From NCBI GenBank assembly GCA_034717835.1, contig JAYELZ010000034.1, positions 1 to 58,625 on the forward strand: 58,625 nt of DNA, given 5' to 3'. Source of the DNA: Chloroflexota bacterium (GTDB taxonomy: Bacteria; Chloroflexota; Anaerolineae; B4-G1; SLSP01). Below are positions 38,837 to 48,762 of the stretch, in pieces. The number at the start of each line of letters is the position of its first letter. Position 1 is the stretch's first letter. The notes under the pieces were generated by a model. That model saw only the letters and a program-made list of their open reading frames with translations, was not told the origin of the DNA and ran no database searches. Position numbers and translations under genes: made by a program.

Positions 38837-39254
38837 GTACTTGATTATTGGAGGCTATGCGGTGATTCAGTACGCTGAACCGCGTTACACCAAAGACCTC
38901 GATTTATGGATAAGCACCGATACAACTAATGCCGCAGCGGTTTACGTGGCATTGGCAACGTTTGGCGCGCCCTTAACTGGGCTAACGGAAAAAGACTTTG
39001 CGGAAGAAGGGTATTTCTACCAGATGGGAATTCCACCGATACGGGTAGATATATTGATGGGGATACCTGGATTAGAATTTGAACCAGCGTGGGCGAGCCG
39101 GGTAGAGGTTGATTTTGACGGGTTATTAGTGCCGTTTATCAGCCGAGAAAATTTGATAACCGCCAAGCGTGCTGCTGGCCGTCCGCAAGATTTAATAGAC
39201 GTTGCTACCTTAGCGCAGGGAGCTGATAAAAAGAATAGGGGGACAAAGGCTTGA
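38778..39254 (+). CDS. Nucleotidyltransferase-fold protein (DUF6036-like; putative TA component)
   Basis: YLIIGGYAV, PRYTKDLDLW, RVDIL, KRAAGRPQDLID. Confidence 0.8.
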   Translation: MFVNSDFTDLLNLFNAKHVRYLIIGGYAVIQYAEPRYTKDLDLWISTDTTNAAAVYVALATFGAPLTGLTEKDFAEEGYFYQMGIPPIRVDILMGIPGLEFEPAWASRVEVDFDGLLVPFISRENLITAKRAAGRPQDLIDVATLAQGADKKNRGTKA

Positions 39255-39297
39255 GTGAATCTTTAGGCCAGTCTAGTTACCGGACACGTTTAATTTT

Positions 39298-39368
39298 GGA
39301 CGCAGATTTTTTAGTTTCTCCCTTGAAAAGCGTTTTTATCAGCGTCCATCCGCGTTCATCTGCGTCCC
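39298..39368. repeat. Palindromic repeat family C, second copy
   Basis: GGACGCAGAT...ATCAGCGTCCATCCGCGTTCATCTGCGTCC. Confidence 0.7.
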
Positions 39369-39447
39369 ATTTTTAGTTTTGCAGGCAACTCCAGCTACAT
39401 TTCTGTAATTTGAAACACGGGTACATTCTTAAACAGTAGGAGCAAAG

Positions 39448-41169
39448 ATGAAATGCACTAGTCCTAATCGCAGCGAAGACAAAATTAAGCTCTACATGCG
39501 CACCTACTACTCGCTGTTGCGCACCACCGAAGAGGTGCAAATCCGCACCCTGGAAGGGACGCATGTGGGCACACATTCCGCGTTGCATCTGCACGCTGGA
39601 GAGTTAGAGCCGGATATGTCCGCCTTCGTTTATAGCAGCTTGCGGCTACCGGCTTGCATTCGGCAAGTGCGGTTGGTGGTTCTGGGACAGACGGAGGAGG
39701 TCTTCCAACGGCGGGGTTTTGCCCTCGTGGGAAATTGGAATGCCGTCTCGGCACCCGGACGGCGGCGGCGGATGCTCTACGATGGCGAGGAGACGTTGGC
39801 GGCTTTTATCGGCAGCATCTCGGATGTGGATGATATTGTGCCGATTTTGACCGCTTTCCAGATTGAGTGGAATAAGATGCACACGCTCATCAATTTGGAG
39901 GCTGGGTTAGCCGAACGATTGGTGGCCTGGGCCGAGGCGGGGCAGGCTGACTTGGACTTGGAAGAGGAGGCGCGTCAGGCGTTGCGGCTTTCGGTGGAGG
40001 ACTGGGCGCGCTTGCACAGCATCTGGAAAGATCGGTTGGCGGAATGGCTGGCCGCCATCGCCGGGCAGCGCAAGCGGATTGCTGTCCGTCTATTGGCCGG
40101 GGCCTATGTGGATTATCGCCGGGCCACGCAACGTTGGTGGTCGCACGTCCTGAGTAACGTCTCCCGGGATTTATCGCAGCGTTCGGTCTACTTTGTCTCC
40201 AGTAACACGCACAGTTTAGTAAATATGCTCACTGGTTTTGCCCAACGTCACGAGTCGGAGCTACTGCATCATTTGGAGACGGTGGTTGACGATCCGTCGC
40301 TGCAATCAGAAGCGCAGCGCATTCAGCGCAGCGAAGTGCCCAGCAATTGGTCGAATTTCCTCTATTATTTGCTGAAGAAATATCTAGCCGCGCCGGTAGG
40401 CCAAGCCCTGCTGGCGGAGCAACGGGCACAGGAGGCCACCTCTGGCATCACGTGGGTACCCAGCCGGCAGACGTTTGATTTGGAAGCGCAGGTCATTGAG
40501 CTCGCCAGCGTGGATCCGGAGGCTGTCGATCCGCGCTTGCAGGATTTGCCGTTGCATAAATTGGCCGATAGTAATGCGGTGATCCTCAATATCGACTATC
40601 CGTTGGGCTTTGGCGCGTATCATCTGCTCTCGCAGGTCGCGGCCAGTGCTGGGGACTTGTTGGGGCTATACATTATTGGTAAGGCGGCCACCCTCAACGC
40701 GCGCATTGGGGATGTGTTGATTCCCAATGTGGTTTATGATGAGCATTCGCGTAATACTTACTTGTTAAACAATGCTTTCAGCGCTGCCGATCTATCCCGT
40801 TATCTAATGCACGGTGACGTGTTGGATAATCAACGCGCCATCACAGTTTACGGCACCTTCCTCCAAAATGAAGCCTATATGAAAGATTTCCTCAATGCCG
40901 GATACACCGATGCGGAGATGGAGGCCGGGCCATATCTTTCGGCGGTATATGAATTTATTCGCCCCAAACGTTTCCCCACGGAGGAAATGGTCAATCTCTA
41001 CCGGGCGCCTTTTGAAATTGGCATCTTGCATTACGCTTCGGATACTCCCATCAGCAAAGGGATCAACTTGGGCACGCAAAACCTTTCCTATTATGGTATG
41101 GATCCAACGTATGCGAGCACCGTGGCAGTTTTGCGCCGGATATTGATGCTGGAGACTGAGGAGCGATAG
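39448..41169 (+). CDS. Conserved hypothetical protein (DUF6909-like) with possible nucleoside-phosphorylase-like C-terminus
   Basis: 573-aa ORF with AGGAG RBS; IGKAATLNARIGDVLIP and DAEMEAGP...YASD motifs. Confidence 0.6.
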   Translation: MKCTSPNRSEDKIKLYMRTYYSLLRTTEEVQIRTLEGTHVGTHSALHLHAGELEPDMSAFVYSSLRLPACIRQVRLVVLGQTEEVFQRRGFALVGNWNAVSAPGRRRRMLYDGEETLAAFIGSISDVDDIVPILTAFQIEWNKMHTLINLEAGLAERLVAWAEAGQADLDLEEEARQALRLSVEDWARLHSIWKDRLAEWLAAIAGQRKRIAVRLLAGAYVDYRRATQRWWSHVLSNVSRDLSQRSVYFVSSNTHSLVNMLTGFAQRHESELLHHLETVVDDPSLQSEAQRIQRSEVPSNWSNFLYYLLKKYLAAPVGQALLAEQRAQEATSGITWVPSRQTFDLEAQVIELASVDPEAVDPRLQDLPLHKLADSNAVILNIDYPLGFGAYHLLSQVAASAGDLLGLYIIGKAATLNARIGDVLIPNVVYDEHSRNTYLLNNAFSAADLSRYLMHGDVLDNQRAITVYGTFLQNEAYMKDFLNAGYTDAEMEAGPYLSAVYEFIRPKRFPTEEMVNLYRAPFEIGILHYASDTPISKGINLGTQNLSYYGMDPTYASTVAVLRRILMLETEER

Positions 41170-41232
41170 AGCGAAAAGGCGAGTGAGCGAGAAGGCGAGT
41201 GAGCGAAAAGGCGAGTGAGCGAAAAGGCGAGT
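41169..41232 (+). repeat. 16-bp tandem repeat x4
   Basis: GAGCGAAAAGGCGAGT x4 (one copy with a single mismatch), starting at the stop codon. Confidence 0.9.
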
Positions 41233-41337
41233 TATTGTTAGTCCGCGTAGGCGGACTTTGCAATGGTAGCCGCGAATTTATTCGTCAGGTAAGCGAGGAA
41301 GCGAACGACCAACATTTTTAGTTAAGGAGAGAGAACC

Positions 41338-43584
41338 ATGCAGGGTAATTACGTTGGTAAATCGGAGATTCGTATTGACGCGCAGAGCAAGGTCACGGGA
41401 GTAGCGCGCTATCCGGGCGACTTTAACCTACCGGAGCAACTTTACCTGAAGGTGCTCTTTGCCCGGCGGCCACATGCGCGCGTCTTGAACGTGGATACGC
41501 ACTTAGCGCTCCAAGTGCCGGGTTGCGTGGCGATTTTCACCGCCGAGGATGTGCCGGTCAACGAGTATGGCTTGCAATATCCCGACCAACCGGTTCTCTG
41601 CGGGCCGGGCGGGCCCAAAGCCGGCACTGACGTGGTGCGCTTTGTGGGAGATAATGTGGCGGTGGTGGTGGCCGCAAGTGAGGACGCCGCCAGTGAAGCT
41701 CGCGCTCTCATCAAGGTGGAGTATGAGGATTTGCCACTGCTCACCGATCCCCGTGTGGCGTTGGAAGATGATGCCCTATGTTTGCATCCACCCTATCCAG
41801 GCATTGATATTCACCCAGAATTGGTCTTCGAAGAGAACATTGCCTCGCGGCACCGCATCCGGCGCGGCGACGTGGATTCCGTCTGGGAGCAGGCCGCCGC
41901 CATTGTGGAATCCGAGTACGAAATCCCCGGCCAGGAACATGTTTTCCTCCAACCGGAGGCTGGCTTGAGTTACATTGATGATGAGGGGCGTATCACCGTC
42001 GTCACCAGCAGCCAGTGGGCGCACGAGGACCAACATCAGATCGCGCACGCGCTGGATTTGCCCGTCGAGCAGGTGCGCGTGATCTACCCGGCCATCGGCG
42101 GTGCTTTTGGAGGCAAAGAAGATATGTCTGTCCAGATTGTTTTGGCTCTGGCGGCGTATAAATTGCAGCGCCCTGTCAAGCTGGTTTGGACGCGAGAGGA
42201 ATCGTTGATTGGGCATCACAAGCGTCATCGCGCCTTTGCGCACGCCCGCTGGGCCGTGGATGAGGAAGGCCATTTGCTGGCCGCCGAGACCGCAGTCATC
42301 GCCGACGCCGGCGCCTACGTTTACACGACCAACAAGGTGTTGGGCAACTTGGTGCTCACCGTCAACGGGCCGTATAAAATCCCGCACGTCAAAACCGATG
42401 TGCGGGGCGTTTATACCAACAATATCCCTGGTGGCGCGTTTCGCGGGTTCGGTGCGCCCCAGGGCAACTTTATCGCCGAATCGCAGATGAATAAACTGGC
42501 CGAGGCGCTGGGCATGGACCCGGTGGAGATCCGGCTGCGGAACATTGTCCACGCCGGCGATTCCATGCCGTGGGGCAAACCGCTCCCCGATGACGCGCGT
42601 GGTCTGGCAGATACCCTGATCGCGGTGGCGGAGTCCCTGGGTTGGGAAAAGGGCGACGCGGGTTGGCAAGCTCCGCAGATCAATCCTCGGCCTGGCGATC
42701 CCCCGTATCTCCAACGCGGCGTGGGGCTGGCGTTGGGCGTGAAGAACGTCGGCTTCTCCTTCGGCTACCAAGAGAATGCTTGGGCCGGGATCGAGTTGCA
42801 CGGCGAGGCGGAAATTGAGGCGGCCAGCGTCTACGCGGCCAGCTCCGACGTGGGACAGGGGACGCGCACCGTGATCCGCCAGATGGCGGCGGAAGCGTTG
42901 GCGCTGCCTATTGAGAAAGTTACCGTGGCTCCCACCGATACCGCCATCACCGGCAGTTCTGGTTCCTGCTCCGCTTCACGGATGACCTTTATGATTGGCA
43001 ATGCCATCCAGGGCGCGGCGGCGAAGGCCTGGCAGGCCTGGCAGGATGGAGCACGACCCGTCAAAGTTGAATTTACCTACTTGGCGCCCAAGACTACGCA
43101 GATCGATACCGAGACCGGCTATGGCGACCCCAACTTCTCCTACGGGTATGTGACCATTGGCGCGGAAATTTTGGTGGATACTGAATTAGGACGGCTCTCC
43201 TTCCCCAAGTTGGTCTGTGCCAATGATGTGGGTCAGGCGATCAACCCCCGTTTGTTGGCGGGCCAGATCGAAGGCGGCGTAATTCAAGGTTTGGGGTGGG
43301 CCACCACCGAGGAGTTGGTACAAAAAGGCGGCGAGTTACTCACCAATAACTTGAGCACCTATCTGGTCCCCACCACTGAGGATATTCCAGATGAAGTTGA
43401 AGTCATCATCATCGAAAATCCAGAACCCAATGGGCCATGGGGGGCACGGGGTATGGGCGAGATGCCCTTTATCCCGGTCGCCGCGGCCATTCATCACGCG
43501 CTGCGTGCGGCTACCGGACTTTGGTACAATAAATTCCCCTTCACTTTGGAGCGTGTGTTACGTGGCTTGAAAGGCAAGCTTTAG
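41338..43584 (+). CDS. Xanthine dehydrogenase family molybdopterin-binding subunit
   Basis: KVTG, VRFVGD, GGAFGGK, AFRGFGAPQ, DVGQG, GQIEGG..QGLG, GARGMGE. Confidence 0.92.
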   Translation: MQGNYVGKSEIRIDAQSKVTGVARYPGDFNLPEQLYLKVLFARRPHARVLNVDTHLALQVPGCVAIFTAEDVPVNEYGLQYPDQPVLCGPGGPKAGTDVVRFVGDNVAVVVAASEDAASEARALIKVEYEDLPLLTDPRVALEDDALCLHPPYPGIDIHPELVFEENIASRHRIRRGDVDSVWEQAAAIVESEYEIPGQEHVFLQPEAGLSYIDDEGRITVVTSSQWAHEDQHQIAHALDLPVEQVRVIYPAIGGAFGGKEDMSVQIVLALAAYKLQRPVKLVWTREESLIGHHKRHRAFAHARWAVDEEGHLLAAETAVIADAGAYVYTTNKVLGNLVLTVNGPYKIPHVKTDVRGVYTNNIPGGAFRGFGAPQGNFIAESQMNKLAEALGMDPVEIRLRNIVHAGDSMPWGKPLPDDARGLADTLIAVAESLGWEKGDAGWQAPQINPRPGDPPYLQRGVGLALGVKNVGFSFGYQENAWAGIELHGEAEIEAASVYAASSDVGQGTRTVIRQMAAEALALPIEKVTVAPTDTAITGSSGSCSASRMTFMIGNAIQGAAAKAWQAWQDGARPVKVEFTYLAPKTTQIDTETGYGDPNFSYGYVTIGAEILVDTELGRLSFPKLVCANDVGQAINPRLLAGQIEGGVIQGLGWATTEELVQKGGELLTNNLSTYLVPTTEDIPDEVEVIIIENPEPNGPWGARGMGEMPFIPVAAAIHHALRAATGLWYNKFPFTLERVLRGLKGKL

Positions 43585-43585
43585 T

Positions 43586-43737
43586 GACTCTTTGGGAATT
43601 CGCGGGGTTGAGCTAGAATTAACCACGGATTTCACGGATTAGCACGGAAAAAAAATAAAAAAAATCAGTGTAATCCGGGTAACCTGTGGTGAAAAACCTA
43701 CGTCGCGTGACACTTACCACGTCAAATCCCAGAGACC
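43586..43737. mobile_element. MITE-like dispersed element, copy 1
   Basis: Ends GACTCTTTGGGA / TCCCAGAGACC, internal ACCACGGAT...TGTGGT palindrome; colinear with 57036-57176. Confidence 0.65.
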
Positions 43738-43846
43738 CGCTTTAGTTTAAGGGCTAGGGTTGGTAGTAAGAAAGTTGCTGGGAAAACCAGGCATTTTTCT
43801 CGAGGAAGTCAAATTTTCGCTGGCAGGGTATCTAGGAGAGTAACCT

Positions 43847-45472
43847 TTGATGGAATCAATAATCATTGACGCAGGGGTAGATAATGAAGGGGTCCCTATT
43901 GGTCAGTCTTGTCTGACTCAATTAGAAGGGCTATTGACACCTTTGCTAATCTTGGATGAGAATGGCAAGATTCAGCGGGCCACGGCCAGCTTTCAGCAGC
44001 TATTGGGATATAAGGCGGGGGATTTGCAAGGTCAAAATATCGGTGACTTTGTGGCACCGTATGAGAGACAAGCTCTATTAAAAGCGATAAGCGCCAGTCA
44101 AGTAGAATCTGTTGAGCCGTTGATGTTGGAATTGCAATTGCTCCGCCACGATGGGCGGTGGTGTGACGTTGAGGTGCAAGGAGTGCGGGTGCAAGGGCTG
44201 CCAGCCGATTGCCTAGCTTTTACCTTTCATGACATTACCACCCATAAACGCGCAGAACATAAATTGCAGCAGCGTAATTTGGAGTTGGCGTTATTGAATC
44301 GGGCGGGACAGATACTGGGAGCGACCCTAGATCTGGATAAGATATTCGCTGCTGTGTTGGAAGAGGTACATCGTTTGATGGGCGTAGCAGCCTGTTCTCT
44401 TTGGTTGATTGAACCAGAGAAGCAGTAAGTAGTTTGTCAGCAAGCTGTCGGCCCTAGAACGGAGCTGATACGTGGTTGGCGATTGCCGCTAGGAACTGGT
44501 TTGGTGGGGACGGTAGCCCTGACAGGGGAGAGCCTCAATGTGCCGAATGTGCTGGCCGAGGAGCGACATTTTAAGGATGTGGATAAAGAGACGGGGTTGC
44601 AGTTGCGCTCCATTCTCAGCGTCCCGTTGGCAACTCAGGAAAAAGTGATTGGGGTCTTGCAAGCTGTGGATTACGAAATTGGACGGTTTATGGCCTCTGA
44701 CGTCACTTTGCTGGAAGCCTTGAGCACTTCGGCGGCCATTGCTATTGAAAATGCACGTTTGGTAGATACGCTGCGGCAACGCACTGAGGAACTGCAACAG
44801 AGCAACAGTGAATTAGAATCGTTCGCGTATACGGTGGCCCATGATCTTAAAGCCCCCTTGACTCACATAATTGGCTATGCGGAAGTTTTAGGATTTCAAG
44901 GAGAGAAGTTTTGGGGGAGTAAGCAGTGGGGTTATCTGCAAACTATTCGACGGGGCGGACAAAAGATGGATAATATCATCGATGAGTTGCTCCTCTTGGC
45001 AAGATTGCGCAAGGGAGAGATTGAATGCGTCCCGGTTGATATGTTGCAGTGTCTCGCCGTGGTGGGGGAACGCCTGCAACCGATGTTTGAGGAGTATCAT
45101 GCCCAAATCACATTGCCGGAGAGTTGTCCGGCGGCGTGTGGGTATGTCCCCTGGCTGGAGGAAGTCTGGATGAATTACTTGAGCAACGCCATTAAATATG
45201 GCGGGCGACCTCCGAAGATGGAAGTCGGTGCGGCAACGCATCCTGATGGCAAGGTTGATTTTTGGGTGCATGATAATGGGGCGGGTTTCTCGGCAGAGCA
45301 GCGCAAACATCTATTTATTCCCTTTTCCCGTCTCTCGAAGGTGGACACGCGAGGTTATGGCCTGGGGCTTTCCATTGTGCAGCGGATTGTGACTAAACTC
45401 AATGGGGAGGTGTGGGCTAAGAGTAGCAATGGAGATGGCAGCACTTTCGGGTTCACTCTGCCAGGGGTTTAG
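43847..45472 (+). pseudogene. PAS-GAF-HisKA-HATPase sensor kinase interrupted by one in-frame TAA (44426-44428)
   Basis: Both ORFs are in the same frame and read EPEKQ*VVCQQAVG across the GAF domain. H-box VAHDLKAPL, NYLSNAIKY, DNGAG, GLGL. Confidence 0.8.
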
Positions 45473-45707
45473 TGAAGGGCTGAAACTATGGGGAATCTCT
45501 TGGTAGTAAATAGTTTAACCGACAAATTTTTTAGGACGCCGACCAGCGCGGATAAGAGCAATTGGTGCTAGTTGCTGCTTTAGATGGAGTCTTGCTAGTT
45601 CTCCAGGAATGTGCTGAACTTCCCAGAGAACTTTTTTTATTAGCGTCCTGACAGTGAACGAGCTTTACCAGGAGATCAATTAGGCGGATTTTGAGGAAAC
45701 TTCAGCG

Positions 45708-46364
45708 TTAAGGGGCAATAATCACAAAATTGTCAAAGGCGACGCTGGTTTCATCGTTGGTGAGGCTGTCGGTGAAGAGCGAGATTTGCCCAGAGACGAA
45801 ACTTTCGTCGGTGACGGAGGCTAGTTCTTGCTGATTGATGCTTAACGTCAAGGTGTTCGCCACGCAGCTGACTTCCAGGGTATTTATGCCTCGGTCGGGG
45901 TGAATCGCGGGGCTGGTTTCCGGCCCGGCTAAGGGTGTGGCTTTATCTGCCAGCATCTTGAGTAACAGGTAGTAGCCATCGGCGCCGATAGCAAAGAGGT
46001 AATAATTACTCTCGTCCGCTTGCCGGCAGGTTACCCCCATCCAGTTGTTCTGAGTGCCGGCAGCTTGTCGCAGTTGCGTACGGATGATTACATTGTCCCA
46101 TTGTCGATTGAGTAGACTGGTGGAGATGCTCTTTTCGTGTCCGAGATCTGTTAGGTAGAGGTTCCCTTGCTGGATTTGGGCTGTGCCTGCTGGAGTGTCA
46201 AAGAGCGCCCAATTCGAGTTGGTCATGGCGAAGTCATCACTGAATAGGACATCTCCCTCGCTGGACGGTGGCACCGGTGTAGTGGGGGTGCAGGCGGCCA
46301 CGAGTGCCATCAAGCTGAGAAAGAGGATGAACCAACCGGCGCGATGGTATGGAGAGGGACTCAC
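45708..46364 (-). CDS. Lipoprotein with beta-sandwich (ConA/DUF1080-like) domain
   Basis: Lipobox VAAC, LFSDDF...W, NTLEVSC, VAFDNF. Confidence 0.75.
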   Translation of the reverse strand: MSPSPYHRAGWFILFLSLMALVAACTPTTPVPPSSEGDVLFSDDFAMTNSNWALFDTPAGTAQIQQGNLYLTDLGHEKSISTSLLNRQWDNVIIRTQLRQAAGTQNNWMGVTCRQADESNYYLFAIGADGYYLLLKMLADKATPLAGPETSPAIHPDRGINTLEVSCVANTLTLSINQQELASVTDESFVSGQISLFTDSLTNDETSVAFDNFVIIAP

Positions 46365-46559
46365 TTAATCCTCCTGGCGGGATTGATAAACGGGTAAGGT
46401 AAAGGTGAACGTGCTGCCTTGTTCCAGCCCGGCGCTTTCTACCCAGATTCGGCCTTGATGTCCCTCAAGCACGGCTTTGACGATGGCTAGCCCTAATCCC
46501 ATCCCGCTGTACTGGCGACGCGCTCCGCCATCCACTCTCGCTATGAAAAAGAGATCCAC
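46365..46559 (-). pseudogene. C-terminal remnant of a histidine kinase HATPase domain
   Basis: [34 protein letters not shown] only; no H or N boxes upstream. Confidence 0.75.
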
Positions 46560-46729
46560 CTCGTTACCTTCCCTGGTTGGTGAAAGTTACCGTATTATTG
46601 TAGCATAAATTAGGGGCCTGGTAAATGAAAGATGAGGATTTCGCTGGAGGCAGCTGCGCAAAAGGGAAGGGTAATTAGGAAGCGTGACTTAAATTAACCG
46701 CGAATTAACGCGCAAAAGAGTTAGTAGAC

Positions 46730-47839
46730 CTAGTGTTCAAGCCAATGGCACCTGTAAACAGCTAATTCCCCGGCATAATCGGGGTCTGAGAAAGTCTGCT
46801 CGACGGTACAAGCGTCATTGACGAATTCAGATATCAACTGGGGGAACCAATCAGGGCTTAAGACTAGATACTCTGGGCGATAGTGTTCCACTGCCCAGAG
46901 TGCGGTGTCTTGGTAGGTTGTCTTGCGTTGCATCTGTGCCGCGACGTCTGGCTGAATCAGGCCGGCAAAACCTACCATTGGGCGACGGGCGTAGTATCCG
47001 ATGATGCCTACTTCCAGGGCGCCTACCGGAGCATCAGGAGGAGTGTTTGCGGCCAACCAAGCGCCTATTGCCTGATAGATGTGGGTGCGCTGGTCGTTAT
47101 GCGTACTTAACCAGTACACACTTTTCACCTGTGGCCAGAGCATTAGGGATAACAAGAGTGCCAGTAACGTCCAGGCGTGCCAATCATGTTGCCAATCGTT
47201 GAAAAGACGCCGCCACGACGCTTTAATGCCTAACCCGACCAACATAATAATCACCGGCACGAGGGGGGCATAATACCAAAAATAGCGGCTGACACCTAAA
47301 ACCGTGTAACCCAAGAAGTACAATCCTCCCCAAGCTAGCAGGAGCAACCAACGATGCGCTTTGGCAAAAGCGTAGCCGGTTCCCAAGAGGAAGAATGCGG
47401 CGTGTAGCCAATAGAGAGGTTGCAGGGCATACGGTTTGAGCACGGTCAGAAAGCCGCGTGCAAAGCCTGCACTGATAGCCATGTTGGCTTGGTGCTGTTT
47501 CGTGGCTAATGTCACCGGGAAAAGTGAGCCAAAGTAGAGCCAAGAGAAGCTATACCAGGGAGAGATCAAGGCCCCATAGACCAGCGCCATCCGCCAGGGG
47601 AATTTGCGCTGGCGTAACAACGCCTCCAAACCTAACAGCCCGGCCACCGAAACCCCATCGGAGCGTGTTAGGGTGGCTAAGGCCGCTAACACCATCGCTC
47701 AGACTGGCTGCTCGGCTGCATAGAGCACGAAGGTAGCCAAGATCAACATCACATAGAAGCAGGTCTCCGCCCCGAAGGTGCTCAGTAACAAGGGGAAAAA
47801 GGGCAGGAGCAGGGCCGCGATTCCGCCAGAGAGAGCCAC
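46730..47839 (-). pseudogene. GT-C-like membrane glycosyltransferase, 5'-truncated, with in-frame TGA at 47699-47701
   Basis: Upstream frame reads ...LLSTFGAETCFYVML...EQPV*AMVLAALATLTRSDG; later FGSLFP, GALEVGIIGYY, GLIQP. Confidence 0.65.
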
Positions 47840-48195
47840 ACGCGGCCCAACGGCGTCCACGCACCGGTATCCAGATCCACCAGATTACCGGTGGAATAGT
47901 GGGGGTCAGCCAGACTGAACCAGCACCAGCGCTGCACCAGTCGTCCACCATCTTGCGGATTGCCCAGCGCAGGGTCCGTGGCCGTGGCGAAGAAATGCCA
48001 CGTCTCCCGCAAGTACGTCTCCATGCGTTCCGGTGGAAAGCCGTCCTCCGCTGGCATGGGGATACCGAACTCCGACACCACCAACAGGAGGGCGCGGTAG
48101 CCCTGGGTCGCCATCCATGCACGGAAAGAGATAATCTGCCGCGATGTTGCCCCCCGCATCACCGGCCCGGATCGCGCGGTAAGCCTCGCAGTAAG
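47840..48195 (-). pseudogene. Fragments of a putative glycoside-hydrolase-like protein
   Basis: FRAWMATQGYR..LVVSEFGIPMP...GRLVQRWCWFSL in one frame, preceded by YCEAYRAIRAGD in another. Confidence 0.45.
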
Positions 48196-48748
48196 GTGTC
48201 TCGATAGTTACCGGCGGTGTCCGCAAGGTTGCTGAGCGCAAAGTCGCCGTCTCGGTGGGCGTCCAAGTTAGCTTCAGAGAACTGGTTGCGCTAGCCTTTG
48301 CCGAGGTGAACATCCAATACACTGTCTCTACTTGGTATTCCATCAGGCGTTCGTAAGCCAATCCCAGCTCCCAATAACCTAGCGGGTTATCAGGGCGGAG
48401 TTGTACAACGTCTGAGAAGTGCTCCACGGCTTGAAGTGGCTTTCCCCGCAGTAGGGCCACTCTTCCCAGCCAACGTTGGGCTTGCGCATTGTGGGGGTCC
48501 GCTTGGGCCGCGGCTTGAAAATACGTTTGGGCCTCGTTTAGAAATGTTAGCGCGGTTGAATCAGAGAGCATAGGCGTCAGCAGCCACAAATTCTCACGCT
48601 CAACTGCGGTATTCTCTAATACCTGATCTAAAACCATCCCGCCGCGCTCTTGATAATAGAGGGAGACGATCTGGGGCGCTACTCAGATCAGCCCACTTAC
48701 CGTTAAGAGCAATGATGCCAGCCAGATATAACGCCTGACTTTATTCAT
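48196..48748 (-). pseudogene. Membrane-anchored TPR protein, with in-frame TGA at 48683-48685 and a truncated 3' end
   Basis: MNKVRRYIWLASLLLTVSGLI*VAPQ...; TPR-like AQRWLGRVALL and PDNPLGYWELGLAYE. Confidence 0.55.
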
Positions 48749-48762
48749 TGCGCCTATCAAAT

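Noticed and set aside
41169-41232. CRISPR array
   Set aside because: The repeats are contiguous with no spacers, and no cas genes are present. The 23028-23078 repeat has only two copies.
41776-42801. 341-aa antisense ORF (also 18657..19541 and many shorter ones)
   Set aside because: Shadow ORFs opposite well-supported GC-rich genes, with no recognisable motifs
47699-48685. TGA recoding (Trp or Sec) suggested by two in-frame TGA codons
   Set aside because: Many intact genes here end in TGA, and both codons lie in an evidently decayed region. TGG>TGA mutation is the simpler explanation.
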